Origin: a virus
Strand: one strand, 5' to 3'
Virus record (IMG/VR): IMGVR_UViG_3300045999_010887
Coordinates: 16,655-80,654 of that record
Length of the DNA stretch: 64,000 bases
Part shown: in pieces, positions 28,931-38,267 of the stretch
How the letters are laid out: each line of letters begins with the position of its first letter
Position numbering within the stretch: position 1 is the first letter of the stretch
Notes under the pieces: generated by a model
Told to the model about the DNA's origin: nothing
The model's database searches: none
The model's input: the letters and a program-made list of their open reading frames with translations, nothing else
Program-made: the position numbers and the translations under genes

Positions 28931-29938
28931 ATCGTCTTCACCAGTTAGGGGATCACGAGAAGGCAGGGCCTTTACGTCAACCGCATCTGTGGTACGAGAC
29001 ACAGGCAGGATCTCGACGCCTTGCTTGATGCCATAGGCACCACCAAGCTTTTCAGCATCCTGACGTGCATGTTGATTGATGTAATCGCTGAACATTTCCT
29101 GGAACTTCCAGGTTGATTCACGATCTTCATCAGGAATCGACATGCGGCTCAGCGATTCGATGGCGGCATCTTGGTCGCTGTAATCAGGGATGTCAAAAGA
29201 TTCAATTGCGCAGATCTCAACGTTGTTGGCTCCACGCATTTCGTTGGCAAGTACCGGAGCAAATACGGTAGTGGCGTAGAACTTTTCATTGAATGCAAGA
29301 GGCACTTCAGAATCCAGTGCCTTGCTCAGGCACTTAGACATTTCCTTCTCATACAGCTTGACCTTATCGGACACATCGGTGCCATTCAGACCTTTGAGGG
29401 TAAGGACCATCGGGATCTTGTGAGCACGCTTGTTGTCCTCAGTCACGATGTAGATGAGGTACTTGGTGCGTACGCTGTACTTACGCTTGTACATTTCGCC
29501 CTTGCTGTTAGCAAGGTCGGCAGCAATCTTGTCGGCATCAAACAATTCCTTGACCTCTGGATGCTCAAAGGTACCAATCGTTTGACGCATCCCTGTGGTT
29601 TCTTCAACCATCAAGGGAGAACGCAGCAGGATTTGAATGCGTGGCTCAGTGAAGTTCAGGCCTTCTTCAACAGAAGTGTTGGGTGCCATACCAAAGGTTT
29701 GCTTGTAATCCCAGATGACGGAACCTTTAGCAAACTGATCTTCGGTTGCAGTCCAACCACAGGTATCAAGATCTGATTTACGGATGAACCATCCGCGTAC
29801 TTTTGACTTGTTGAGAGGTTGAATTGTGACGAGGTTCTGGTAGCCAGATACAAATTCTTTAGACTGGAACATCCGGAAGGAGTCAAGTCCGCGAGCAGCA
29901 AGCGCAGCAGTTTTCTTGGTGGTCATGGAAGAGGTCAT
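28922..29938 (-). CDS. DUF5895-like protein
   Basis: PRIQILLRSPL, RTKYLIYIV..NKRAHKIPMVLTLKG; near SSB. Confidence 0.5.
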   Translation of the reverse strand: MTSSMTTKKTAALAARGLDSFRMFQSKEFVSGYQNLVTIQPLNKSKVRGWFIRKSDLDTCGWTATEDQFAKGSVIWDYKQTFGMAPNTSVEEGLNFTEPRIQILLRSPLMVEETTGMRQTIGTFEHPEVKELFDADKIAADLANSKGEMYKRKYSVRTKYLIYIVTEDNKRAHKIPMVLTLKGLNGTDVSDKVKLYEKEMSKCLSKALDSEVPLAFNEKFYATTVFAPVLANEMRGANNVEICAIESFDIPDYSDQDAAIESLSRMSIPDEDRESTWKFQEMFSDYINQHARQDAEKLGGAYGIKQGVEILPVSRTTDAVDVKALPSRDPLTGEDDSL

Positions 29939-29958
29939 GGTGTGTTCGTAGTCAGGAG

Positions 29959-29986
29959 TGAGCAGTTTAACGTCATGCTTAGGACG
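29959..29986 (-). ncRNA. Family A pseudoknot, copy 2
   Basis: CGTC-C-TAAGCA-T-GACG-TTAAAC-TGCTCA. Confidence 0.7.
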
Positions 29987-29991
29987 TGAGG

Positions 29992-30234
29992 CTATTCTGC
30001 TTTAGGTTTGTCCCATTCCATCACGTACTGCTGGGTACGTAATAAATCGAAATATGCCGCAGAAGATTCTTTCATGCATTCATAAATAGTACTTTCCATG
30101 TAGCCACAACCCTTGAGGAAATCCACAACGTGGGTGACTACATCGTCAGCAACTAATGCTTTGAATTCATAAAGAAGTTTGGTGTTCTCATCCTCGTAAA
30201 GCAGGGTGAATTGATCGTGAGTTGGTGTTGACAT
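29992..30234 (-). CDS. Hypothetical protein
   Basis: DFLKGCGY motif common in small phage proteins. Confidence 0.55.
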   Translation of the reverse strand: MSTPTHDQFTLLYEDENTKLLYEFKALVADDVVTHVVDFLKGCGYMESTIYECMKESSAAYFDLLRTQQYVMEWDKPKAE

Positions 30235-31049
30235 CAGAAGGGTACTTCGTCGAGTTCAGGTGCATTGCCGTAGTGACCAGGCAGATCAGGCAGTCCACCA
30301 CCAGAGGCAGCGTTCCAAGGATCCGCTGGCTCCTCAGCAGTGCGGCCACCCCAAAGCGGTGCGACCTTATCGGAGTTAGCCACTACAGTCTGAGGGCGAA
30401 TCGATTGATTGGCTGTGTCGCCTGTCACCTTTGGCGCCAAGGTCATGGACACCAGTTGAATCTTGGTGACTTGACGGCGCTGATTACTTTCTTTATCTTG
30501 CCAGGCATCGGTGACTAGACGACCATTGATCGTTAAGCCTGTCCCTTTACGCGTGAAATCAAGTAAGAGCTGAGCATTGTTCAGCTTGTCTTGATGGGAA
30601 TTAATAGCGTAAAAATTAAAGAGATCTGCTTGATTGCGTCCGGTATTAACGGAAAGCGTTTGATTGCAGATCATCAGACCATCTGCCGTTGTCTTAAAGG
30701 CGCGTGTGTCATCCTGCTGGATGTCTTTAACGCAACGACCACTAAGAATGATTGTGTTTAGGATCGGAAACGATTCCGTGACCGTGGTAATGACGCCACC
30801 ATGGAGCGAGTGGGTGCGTGTCTCCAGGTCATAGCGCAGCTTGGCGCCATGAATGTAGATCAACGAGTTCTTTGCAGTGCGTGCAAAACGCTCAGAGTTT
30901 TTGCCATAGACGTTGAGTTCAATTGGAGTTGCTGCCTTGTTACCAACAGGTGGCAGCAAGACATTGCAACGCAGGGCGTAAGACGTTGCAGAGATGGATA
31001 CCTCACGGGGTTCCTCTGTGGTTTGGGCACAGACAAAAGCTTGGTTCAT
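30234..31049 (-). CDS. ssb: Single-stranded DNA-binding protein with two OB folds
   Basis: Two SSB-like repeats (MNQAFVCA.., LNTIILSGR..KGTGLTINGRL..W) and acidic tail LDEVPF. Confidence 0.85.
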   Translation of the reverse strand: MNQAFVCAQTTEEPREVSISATSYALRCNVLLPPVGNKAATPIELNVYGKNSERFARTAKNSLIYIHGAKLRYDLETRTHSLHGGVITTVTESFPILNTIILSGRCVKDIQQDDTRAFKTTADGLMICNQTLSVNTGRNQADLFNFYAINSHQDKLNNAQLLLDFTRKGTGLTINGRLVTDAWQDKESNQRRQVTKIQLVSMTLAPKVTGDTANQSIRPQTVVANSDKVAPLWGGRTAEEPADPWNAASGGGLPDLPGHYGNAPELDEVPF

Positions 31050-31071
31050 GTGATGCCAAAAGGTTGTGTGA

Positions 31072-31101
31072 GAGGCAGTTTAACGTCTTACCTCAAGGAC
31101 G
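31072..31101 (-). ncRNA. Family A pseudoknot, copy 3 (ssb leader)
   Basis: CGTC-CTT-GAGGTA-A-GACG-TTAAAC-TGCCTC; contains the upstream TAA. Confidence 0.7.
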
Positions 31102-31351
31102 AGAGATCAACTGGTTTATGTTTAACTTCAATCATTTCACCTTTTCGATTCCAACACTGACCACAATCAGGACACTGATAATGGTTAATACGGTCAGTGC
31201 CCAAATACTCCACACCAATAACACGACTAAAGAATTTAGATTCGGGTGAATAATAACCCTTGTCTATGGATTCTTGAGGGATGTAGGAGTGAATCCAGCT
31301 GACTTCGCAAACCGGGCACTGTTCTACTTTGGTGATGTCGAGGTAGTCCAT
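31088..31351 (-). CDS. Small zinc-ribbon protein
   Basis: CPVC...CPDC. Confidence 0.6.
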   Translation of the reverse strand: MDYLDITKVEQCPVCEVSWIHSYIPQESIDKGYYSPESKFFSRVIGVEYLGTDRINHYQCPDCGQCWNRKGEMIEVKHKPVDLSSLR

Positions 31352-33216
31352 CAGTGGGTCTGAGACCAGTCCGATCCTACCCTGGAATCACCTTCGATAC
31401 TGCAGCGGAACCCAAAGAATTCCTGTGCCTGTGGGAAAGCAAGCATGGCCTGCTCTCTGATGGCGTCTGTGTATTGAGGCTTGCACGCTAGTTGCACTTC
31501 ATCATGAACCATCAATAGTTGTTGCCAGTCATGATCGTATTGCAAACCAAGGTTTTGTTTGATGTTGTTGTGAATATTAATCACAACTTGTTTCATAAGG
31601 ATTGCACCAGCTGATTGCAACAACACATTCAATCCTTTGAATGCGGAACGACAATACAACTGACGACGATCCAAACCAATCAGATAACCACGCAAACCAA
31701 TAGTCTTATCAATCTCCAGCTTAAGAGCTTTCAATGCTGGGACACCACGCATAAAACCATCGATGGCATTACGCCCAAGCATGCGCAGTTCATCTTCATC
31801 TTTGAGATTTGGATCAATGATTGAACCAGCCTTTACAGATCCACAGCCATAGAGCATGCCGTAAAGCAACCTCTTGCTGATGTCCCTGGTTTCTACGCCA
31901 AATTGCTTTTGGTTGTAGGTGTGGATGTCAACGGATTCATCGGTTACCAGCCTTGCGTATTCACCGTTATCCCAGACGGCAAGGTATCCAGCAAGGCAAC
32001 GTAATTCAAGTGCCTTAGCGTCAATGCCAATGAGATCCCACCCGTCAGGAGGAACGAACAAACTTCGACACTCTTTTCCGTAAGGTGAGTAACTGGCTGG
32101 GACCTGACCCATATTTGGATTGCGGTGTGCACAGCGCCCAGTAATGCAACCGTTAGTAATAAGATCGCCGTGGATACAACCAGTGTCATTGTTGTAGAGC
32201 TTGATCCAAGCATTGTTGCCATCAGCAATTTGACCAAGGCGCTTTTTGATCAGCATATACTCAGCCAAAGGTTTAGCCTCTGGGTATGGGAGTCGTTCTA
32301 ATACTTCGTCATCAAGAACTGGATTTCCTTTCTCAGTTGTTTTCTCTGGAGTCCATCCGTACTTTTGGCGGAGTCGATCAGCAATCTGCTGACGAGATCC
32401 AGGATTGAACTCTTCATAGCTGACTTTAGTGAAAGGTTGTCCTTTGACATAACCACGATTCTTGTTGTTTACTTTTGGAACAAATGTTGATTCATGTTTG
32501 ATAGGTGGAAAGATTTGTTTTAGATGGGATTCAAGTTCTGTTTCCTTTGCTCTGAGATTATCCACCAAATCAAGAGCAGCATCCAAATCGAAAGGAACAC
32601 CTGATCTAATTTGTTTGTTAATCGCCAAAGCAAAGTTGTGCTCCAAGAGAATGGAGGACTCTGGATAATTTTGCGCAGCGATAAGCTGCCAAAGATTGAA
32701 GGTGACTGCAACGTCTTGGATGCAGTAGTCCAACATCTCCTGCGAGTATTCCGTGAAGTCTTTGAAGTCAATCTTATGGTTGGCCAATCGCCATCCCCAT
32801 GCCTTAAGCGATGGGGATCCACGTTGTGCCTTTGGAACTTCCGGATATTGTTCAATGTCAAGCTCATAGAGAACCTCCTTGGGCCAGATCAAACGTGAAC
32901 AGATGAGGGTGTCAATGATGCGAGCGTTGGTCTTAAAGTCTGGAAACAGTTTCTTTAAGACAGGGATGTCATAAAAGCAGATGTTGTGGCCAATAAGAAC
33001 ATCAGCGTTACGCAAATACTCAAGAGCAGTGTCAATGTTGTCAGGACCAAAAGACAAAGTGCTTTGACTGTTGATGTCATAGATGACAACACAGTGAACT
33101 TTGGCGACTTTGTCATACAGTCCGTCTGACTCCAAATCAAAGACATACCATTTGTCATTTGCGGAACTGGGCTTCATCGCGAACTTCGAGTTCTTCACTG
33201 GCAAGGCTGCTGTCAT
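31351..33216 (-). CDS. polA: DNA polymerase family A, T7-like, with 3'-5' exonuclease
   Basis: FDLESDG, GHNICFYD, motif A DAKALELR, motif B KRLLYGMLYG (Tyr at the 762-equivalent position), motif C VHDE. Confidence 0.95.
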   Translation of the reverse strand: MTAALPVKNSKFAMKPSSANDKWYVFDLESDGLYDKVAKVHCVVIYDINSQSTLSFGPDNIDTALEYLRNADVLIGHNICFYDIPVLKKLFPDFKTNARIIDTLICSRLIWPKEVLYELDIEQYPEVPKAQRGSPSLKAWGWRLANHKIDFKDFTEYSQEMLDYCIQDVAVTFNLWQLIAAQNYPESSILLEHNFALAINKQIRSGVPFDLDAALDLVDNLRAKETELESHLKQIFPPIKHESTFVPKVNNKNRGYVKGQPFTKVSYEEFNPGSRQQIADRLRQKYGWTPEKTTEKGNPVLDDEVLERLPYPEAKPLAEYMLIKKRLGQIADGNNAWIKLYNNDTGCIHGDLITNGCITGRCAHRNPNMGQVPASYSPYGKECRSLFVPPDGWDLIGIDAKALELRCLAGYLAVWDNGEYARLVTDESVDIHTYNQKQFGVETRDISKRLLYGMLYGCGSVKAGSIIDPNLKDEDELRMLGRNAIDGFMRGVPALKALKLEIDKTIGLRGYLIGLDRRQLYCRSAFKGLNVLLQSAGAILMKQVVINIHNNIKQNLGLQYDHDWQQLLMVHDEVQLACKPQYTDAIREQAMLAFPQAQEFFGFRCSIEGDSRVGSDWSQTH

Positions 33217-33388
33217 TTTTGTTAATCCACGTCAAGATCTGCTGAGCTCCAGCCCTGTATGGGTGGGAGAAGATCTTGTTCAGAGCTACCTCTGAATCTA
33301 ACGGAATTAATTGGAATTGATTAGAAGTTTGACAGGCAGTAATGGCAAATGGCTTACCGTTTTTCCAGGTAGCAATGACGTAAGACAT
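33155..33388 (-). CDS. Hypothetical protein
   Basis: 77-aa ORF downstream of a sigma70 promoter. Confidence 0.55.
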   Translation of the reverse strand: MSYVIATWKNGKPFAITACQTSNQFQLIPLDSEVALNKIFSHPYRAGAQQILTWINKNDSSLASEELEVRDEAQFRK

Positions 33389-33391
33389 AAA

Positions 33392-33437
33392 GGAATGAAA
33401 GACGGACAGATACTATCCGATCTTTCATTCCCGTCAA
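33392..33437 (-). promoter_or_regulatory. Sigma70 promoter TTGACG-N16-TAGTAT in an 11-bp inverted repeat
   Basis: Arms GGAATGAAAGA/TCTTTCATTCC flank the -10. Confidence 0.6.
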
Positions 33438-33443
33438 GGTTCT

Positions 33444-33917
33444 TCAGTTTGTCTTCTGTTTTGATTTGCGGAAACCAAGACGTTCGTGATGCGCCACTGT
33501 TGCCTTATCACAACCAAAGCGCTTCGCAATCTGATCGCGGCTCATGCCGGAGACTCTGAGTTGTTTCATTTTGTCAAGATCCTCTTGGCTAAACCGTGTT
33601 TGCTTTGGTCGAAAACGTCCTCTTTGCATCTTGTCATTTACGTTGTCTTGGTTTGTTCCAAGTAGAAGATGAAGTGGATTGCAACAAGATGGATTGTCGC
33701 ATGTGTGCCGTACTTGTAAAGCGTTGTAGATAACAACACCATGATGATGCTGATAACTCCAACGATGAGCAAGCATTGTTTTGTTATCTATAGATGATTG
33801 GCCATAGCCTTTTGGATTCCTAAATCCAAGCCAAGGCCAACAAGCTTCATGACCCCCGGAGGGGTCAATCTGCTTTAAGAACGTTAATGAGTTATTTGGT
33901 GTTCTGCCTCTAGGCAT
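33444..33917 (-). CDS. Free-standing HNH (His-Me) endonuclease with C-terminal HTH
   Basis: CWPW..GYG..LAHRWSY..VRHTCDNPSCCNPLHL..GTNQDN. Confidence 0.88.
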   Translation of the reverse strand: MPRGRTPNNSLTFLKQIDPSGGHEACWPWLGFRNPKGYGQSSIDNKTMLAHRWSYQHHHGVVIYNALQVRHTCDNPSCCNPLHLLLGTNQDNVNDKMQRGRFRPKQTRFSQEDLDKMKQLRVSGMSRDQIAKRFGCDKATVAHHERLGFRKSKQKTN

Positions 33918-34683
33918 GAGATTGATTTTTACGTTTGGAACTATAGCCCACAAATCCCCCTTCCTTCTTGCGTTGAGAAAGCGCCTTGCTTGCGTCGGAT
34001 CCAGCCCGCTGGGAGCCATGAACCAACAGTGCGAAGGGCTTGTCACCTAAGCAATGGCTGTCGTCGTGATCGATCTCCAGACCACGCTCTGCTGCCTCAG
34101 CTTCTGTGTAGACCACATAAGCGATGCGCTGAAACACATGCGGATATTTCGGGATGAGGTAGTCAAGTGTCCCACCGAACGATGCGGTGAGGTAGAAGTT
34201 GGGTGGGATCTGATCCCGTAGGTTAATCCACATACCAAGAGACTTGGTGTAGCTGTAGAACTTTTGCCTGGGCCTCTCGCGAGCAACCATCATCCAAGCC
34301 TTCATGTAGTTCTCAGTCCAGTAGTCACCACTCTCATGGACACGAACAAGTTCCTTGGGTGGCTGCATCAAAAGGGACATGTCAATCAGATCACGGAGGA
34401 GTGTGACCTGATTGCCGTTCATGTGGATGGTTTCACGCAACAGATCCCAGTTGTGCCAACGCGCTTCACGCACGGTGGGCCTGGTCTCCGCCATGGCAGC
34501 AAAACAACGGTACTCATCTGCTTCTGTGCCTGTGAACTGAGGCAGGTCACGGATCTGACCAGTGACACGATCAGCCATGGTTTTGCAAACACCAGCATGT
34601 GGACATGAATAGCCCGCTGGGATATTGAAGATGAGTCGGTTCTTAAGCTTGCCGTTACCGGTAGAAAATTTCAGGAGCTTCAT
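33910..34683 (-). CDS. Gene product 88 (GP88)-like protein
   Basis: GNGKL..FNIPAGYSCPHAGVC..CFA..RVHESGD..FYSYTKS. Confidence 0.75.
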   Translation of the reverse strand: MKLLKFSTGNGKLKNRLIFNIPAGYSCPHAGVCKTMADRVTGQIRDLPQFTGTEADEYRCFAAMAETRPTVREARWHNWDLLRETIHMNGNQVTLLRDLIDMSLLMQPPKELVRVHESGDYWTENYMKAWMMVARERPRQKFYSYTKSLGMWINLRDQIPPNFYLTASFGGTLDYLIPKYPHVFQRIAYVVYTEAEAAERGLEIDHDDSHCLGDKPFALLVHGSQRAGSDASKALSQRKKEGGFVGYSSKRKNQSHA

Positions 34684-34716
34684 GGTTGTGTTGAATTGAT
34701 TGATAAGAAAAACTAA

Positions 34717-34744
34717 TGAGTAGTTTAAGGACGTGCTCAGGTCC
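34717..34744 (-). ncRNA. Family A pseudoknot, copy 4
   Basis: GGAC-C-TGAGCA-C-GTCC-TTAAAC-TACTCA; stem 1 covaries. Confidence 0.7.
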
Positions 34745-34763
34745 ATCTTCCCGTTCGGGATTA

Positions 34764-35057
34764 TTACAGTTGATTACAGCCTTTGAATGGTTCTCTGGAC
34801 AAACGAATCATAATCTGATCACCTGAGTCTGGAACTTCTGATGGACCCTGGTGCACCAGGATCTCCCATACGCTTCGATTGATCTTCATGATGGAGTGAC
34901 AGTACTTCGTCATCAAAGCTTCTTTGTCTTGCCCTGGTTTGTAGGACAAAACTTTCTTGTGGATACCAACGGGTTCATCTTCATTGTCTTTGGTGTAACA
35001 AGCAACCCAGTAAGCAGATGAATGGGTCTTTTGTTTGGTCGTACTAAAACCTTTCAT
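34764..35057 (-). CDS. Hypothetical protein
   Basis: MKGF... ORF. Confidence 0.55.
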   Translation of the reverse strand: MKGFSTTKQKTHSSAYWVACYTKDNEDEPVGIHKKVLSYKPGQDKEALMTKYCHSIMKINRSVWEILVHQGPSEVPDSGDQIMIRLSREPFKGCNQL

Positions 35058-35072
35058 TAGTTGATCGGACTA

Positions 35073-35306
35073 CTAGGCTTCAAGCTCGGTGGCAATGGCG
35101 AAGAGATTACCCACTGTCACTGCATGGACCGGACAGCCTTCCAAATAAAAGGTTTCTCCTTGCTCTGCGGCAGCACGCAGGGCGGCGGCAGCAACCATGC
35201 CTGCGTGTTTCTTGGCGGGAACTACATAAAGGTGTTCCTCTTCGTCGTAGACGCGGAAAGCGGCAAACTGCACCGCCTGAGCAATAGGTGAAAGTTCTTG
35301 AGTCAT
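35073..35306 (-). CDS. Hypothetical protein
   Basis: LSPIAQAV...AAALRAAA motif of small cyanophage proteins. Confidence 0.55.
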   Translation of the reverse strand: MTQELSPIAQAVQFAAFRVYDEEEHLYVVPAKKHAGMVAAAALRAAAEQGETFYLEGCPVHAVTVGNLFAIATELEA

Positions 35307-35412
35307 TGTTGAACTTCGTAGTGTGTAGAACTAAGTTGTAGTTATGTTACTGGATGAACAACATCATATACATGAAACGTCATATACTTTCCGTATCAAC
35401 CGCTACAGAATA

Positions 35413-35565
35413 ATGACGCTCACGTATCGGGGTGTCAAGTACGACAAGGACGAGCAGTCCAAGACGGACATTGGCTGGTGGAACTTAGCCCACCGTCCAT
35501 GGCTCTGCCTGACGTACCGTAACATCTGCTACTTTCCTTTTGTCACCGGAGGTCAAATCAAATGA
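35413..35565 (+). CDS. DUF4278-like peptide
   Basis: MTLTYRGVKY and a second LTYRNICY. Confidence 0.7.
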   Translation: MTLTYRGVKYDKDEQSKTDIGWWNLAHRPWLCLTYRNICYFPFVTGGQIK

Positions 35566-35706
35566 ACAAAGCACTGATTGTCTACTTGGTAGATAGGAAA
35601 AAGAAAGTGACACGCAAGGATGTGGAGTCCAAGCATGCCATCAAAGAATTAAAAAAACAAACAACCGCGACCTTCTGATCGCCATTGTTCTATCTCCTCC
35701 CCTGGC

Positions 35707-36357
35707 TTAGTAGCCGGGGGATTCTTCTTGGAAGGCAGCTTCTCCAATGATGGGGAACTGTTGGCAGAAGATTCGTTTAATTTCTCTGGCAATTTGTTGG
35801 TGTTCAAGTTGCGTTCCATTGGAACAACGAAGATCAAGGTAGTGTATCCACGACCTCAGTGTGCCGTTCATGAACAGACGAGTCTGTGTGGATAGTGGCA
35901 AAACGGAACGAGCACATTCCTTGGCAATGCCATTGCTTACCATCTCACGATAAAGATGCTCAGCATTTTCATACAGTTCGCTGATGCGTCTGTAATAATT
36001 ACCAAGCATCTCAACAGGGATGTCATCAATGCTGTTCTGTCTGTTCTTTAAATCTTGACGACGTAGGTGCGGGATAACAGCAGAGCCAAGCTCGCTGGTA
36101 TCTGCATAGCGTTGACTAAATTCCTGAAATGAAAATGAACGATGACGCAAGATTTGTGGTGAGATTGCACGGGTCGTTTCAATCTCCACGGTCATGTTGG
36201 CCATCTCAAATGGACTCCAATGTTTGTTCCGAATGAGATACTTCAACAAACGTGGAGCTGTGTTCATGTTGTCTTGGTTCTTTGGTGCAGAAACTCTTGC
36301 CATCTTGACAATCATTTCTTCTGCATCGGGCGTTGCCCAGATAAGATTAACATTCAT
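35707..36357 (-). CDS. thyX: Flavin-dependent thymidylate synthase
   Basis: HWSPFE, QILRHRSFSFQEFSQRY, ARSVLP, LRSW, TQLEH. Confidence 0.95.
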   Translation of the reverse strand: MNVNLIWATPDAEEMIVKMARVSAPKNQDNMNTAPRLLKYLIRNKHWSPFEMANMTVEIETTRAISPQILRHRSFSFQEFSQRYADTSELGSAVIPHLRRQDLKNRQNSIDDIPVEMLGNYYRRISELYENAEHLYREMVSNGIAKECARSVLPLSTQTRLFMNGTLRSWIHYLDLRCSNGTQLEHQQIAREIKRIFCQQFPIIGEAAFQEESPGY

Positions 36358-36575
36358 GTGCTGCACCTGAGGAAGTAATGCCAATTGTTAGTGGGATCAG
36401 TGTACCTGATTACGTTGCAGTTTTTGTAAGTGTCAATGACTTCAAAGTTTGATTTGCCTTCAGTTTTATCTGATGACAAAAAGATTGAAGCCAACAAACC
36501 AGTAGCTGCAAACGCAAGGATTGTTACACAACAACCACGGAGGAAATGAATCTGTTGTTCAGTCATGATTCCCAT
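36354..36575 (-). CDS. Small membrane-anchored protein
   Basis: Hydrophobic segment plus FEVIDTYKNCNVIRY. Confidence 0.55.
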   Translation of the reverse strand: MGIMTEQQIHFLRGCCVTILAFAATGLLASIFLSSDKTEGKSNFEVIDTYKNCNVIRYTDPTNNWHYFLRCST

Positions 36576-36925
36576 GGTAGAAAGTCAAGTGTTCTTCGCA
36601 AGGTCAAAGCATCTTCGTCAGTAACACAATTGCCCTCAACAAGACATTCAATAATTTCTCGTACTTGATTTTTCAAGTTTGACAGCTTGACACGGCGAGC
36701 ATTGCGTAACTCTCGTCCATAGCTAGGACAAGGAAGACTGAGCCATTCACAACATGCATCCAACTCTTGATCAGCCCCCCAAAGAGCCGCTTGCGTGCAC
36801 ATATATTTTTCACGATTCATGTGTTTTACTTTTGCTTTATACCATTCATCAGACCATTGGAAAACAAGGCCTTCAGAAGGTAGTGCAATTGGATGCTCTT
36901 GAGTCATGTTATTCACCAGGGACAA
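36563..36925 (-). CDS. Hypothetical protein
   Basis: WGADQELDACCEWL...LRNARR motif. Confidence 0.55.
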   Translation of the reverse strand: MSLVNNMTQEHPIALPSEGLVFQWSDEWYKAKVKHMNREKYMCTQAALWGADQELDACCEWLSLPCPSYGRELRNARRVKLSNLKNQVREIIECLVEGNCVTDEDALTLRRTLDFLPWES

Positions 36926-37208
36926 TGACTTCTTTCATCAGGCGTTGAAGCTCTGATGCTGGACAGATACGCATCGTAGCGTGTTCTCTTGGTGATGACA
37001 GATGATCCCACTGGATCACCAAGAACTTTTGCTTACGTCCTAGCCTGTTTGGTTTTTCAATGATGTCAAGTACATGACCGTACCGCTGACTGCGGTACTG
37101 TTGAATCCGTTCTTTAACTTCATTGCGTACAGCAAAAATCCCATGAACCTTGGGACGTTCTGCTACACGATCACCAATGGCATAAGTGAATTGACGTTTG
37201 GTTGTCAT
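36909..37208 (-). CDS. Hypothetical protein
   Basis: 99-aa coupled ORF. Confidence 0.55.
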   Translation of the reverse strand: MTTKRQFTYAIGDRVAERPKVHGIFAVRNEVKERIQQYRSQRYGHVLDIIEKPNRLGRKQKFLVIQWDHLSSPREHATMRICPASELQRLMKEVIVPGE

Positions 37209-37540
37209 TTGATGTTGGAATAAGTTTTGTAATTGACAATGCGTGAGATTGTGCTGCGGTTAGTGTCATAGCGTATAGCTATCTGACCGTTGCTTAATCC
37301 CTTCTGATGTAAATGACGAATCATTAATACATCTTTGTCTGTCAAAAAAGAATTACCATTTCTAGTACCTGTTGGCTTGTAGGGCACCAATGGAACTGGC
37401 TTTGCAATTTCGTAACGTTCTACTGTACGAAACTTAGCGCCGCAATCAAGACAGCGACAATAACGTTTGGTTACTTCAGATCCTATATGTTCAGTGCAGG
37501 TAACACGTGTGTTACTACTGTTACATGTTCTGCATTTCAT
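37205..37540 (-). CDS. NrdR-like zinc ribbon fused to HTH
   Basis: MKCRTC..TRV...KRYCRCLDCGAKFRTVE; C-terminal LSNGQIAIRYDTNRSTISRI. Confidence 0.65.
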   Translation of the reverse strand: MKCRTCNSSNTRVTCTEHIGSEVTKRYCRCLDCGAKFRTVERYEIAKPVPLVPYKPTGTRNGNSFLTDKDVLMIRHLHQKGLSNGQIAIRYDTNRSTISRIVNYKTYSNIK

Positions 37541-37871
37541 TGTGTGAAGTGAGGTTCAATGAATCAAGAATGAATACAGTTTCTTCTTTGCCAACAAGAT
37601 TAAATGAATCTTTGATTAACTTGTGGCCAGGAGCTTCTGTATAAAATTGTTGAAGCAGCTGTTCAGCTGTTTCAAATGCATCGGGTTTACCAGTCAGTTG
37701 AATCATGACATCTGATGTCATGTTATCTAGCATTTGTTGAATGACTTGATAACGAACATCAGGCCATGCTTCATCTGGTATGCAATCAGCAATAAGTTCT
37801 GTTACATCATGATAGATAATTGATTTGAAGACCATGAAGAAAAGACCCCTGCATGTGCAGGGGCCGAACAT
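37521..37871 (-). CDS. Hypothetical protein
   Basis: ORF track; real start probably near 37835. Confidence 0.5.
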   Translation of the reverse strand: MFGPCTCRGLFFMVFKSIIYHDVTELIADCIPDEAWPDVRYQVIQQMLDNMTSDVMIQLTGKPDAFETAEQLLQQFYTEAPGHKLIKDSFNLVGKEETVFILDSLNLTSHNEMQNM

Positions 37872-37883
37872 TCCGCTGTGATT

Positions 37884-38246
37884 TTAAGCAGTTTGGGCGT
37901 TGGTGTCTACCGCCTGGTCCATCAGGCCTGACTCTTTGAGTCGATCCAGCATGCCGCACATGATGGTGGCATGGGCATGGGTTTGTTCCATGAACATGCG
38001 CGCCCGCTCTGCCGACATGGTATGGACACGGCCGGAGGGTTCCACATAACGCCAGCTGCCATCAGGCTGGGGATCACCTTGGAGGGCAAGACGTTCTGAG
38101 TTATGAACGTACCTGAGCTCGAGGTTGTAATGGTCCTTAAGGCCGTCAGCCGCTGTCCAGGTTGCTCCAAGGTTGTAACGCTGTTCTTCATCAGAGTAAG
38201 CGTGGAACTCAGGGATAAGATTTTTGAAAGCAGCAAAGAGTTGCAT
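37884..38246 (-). CDS. Hypothetical protein
   Basis: MQLFAAFK... with C/A-rich leader after the tRNA. Confidence 0.6.
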   Translation of the reverse strand: MQLFAAFKNLIPEFHAYSDEEQRYNLGATWTAADGLKDHYNLELRYVHNSERLALQGDPQPDGSWRYVEPSGRVHTMSAERARMFMEQTHAHATIMCGMLDRLKESGLMDQAVDTNAQTA

Positions 38247-38267
38247 GATGTTGTGTTGAGTGTAGGT

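Noticed and set aside
29171-29776. 201-aa plus-strand ORF
   Set aside because: Fully antisense to a well-supported gene and has no recognisable motifs.
31351-33917. Group I intron or intein in polA linked to the nearby HNH
   Set aside because: The polymerase ORF is continuous with all motifs, and the HNH is free-standing. terL and thyX also look uninterrupted.
26590-34744. Pistol ribozyme identity for family A
   Set aside because: P1 and the TAAA linker look similar, but P2/P3 and the catalytic core are missing; the pseudoknot partner follows immediately.
35310-35412. Glutamine riboswitch upstream of the DUF4278 ORF
   Set aside because: No CGTTC...GGAACG stem is present there.
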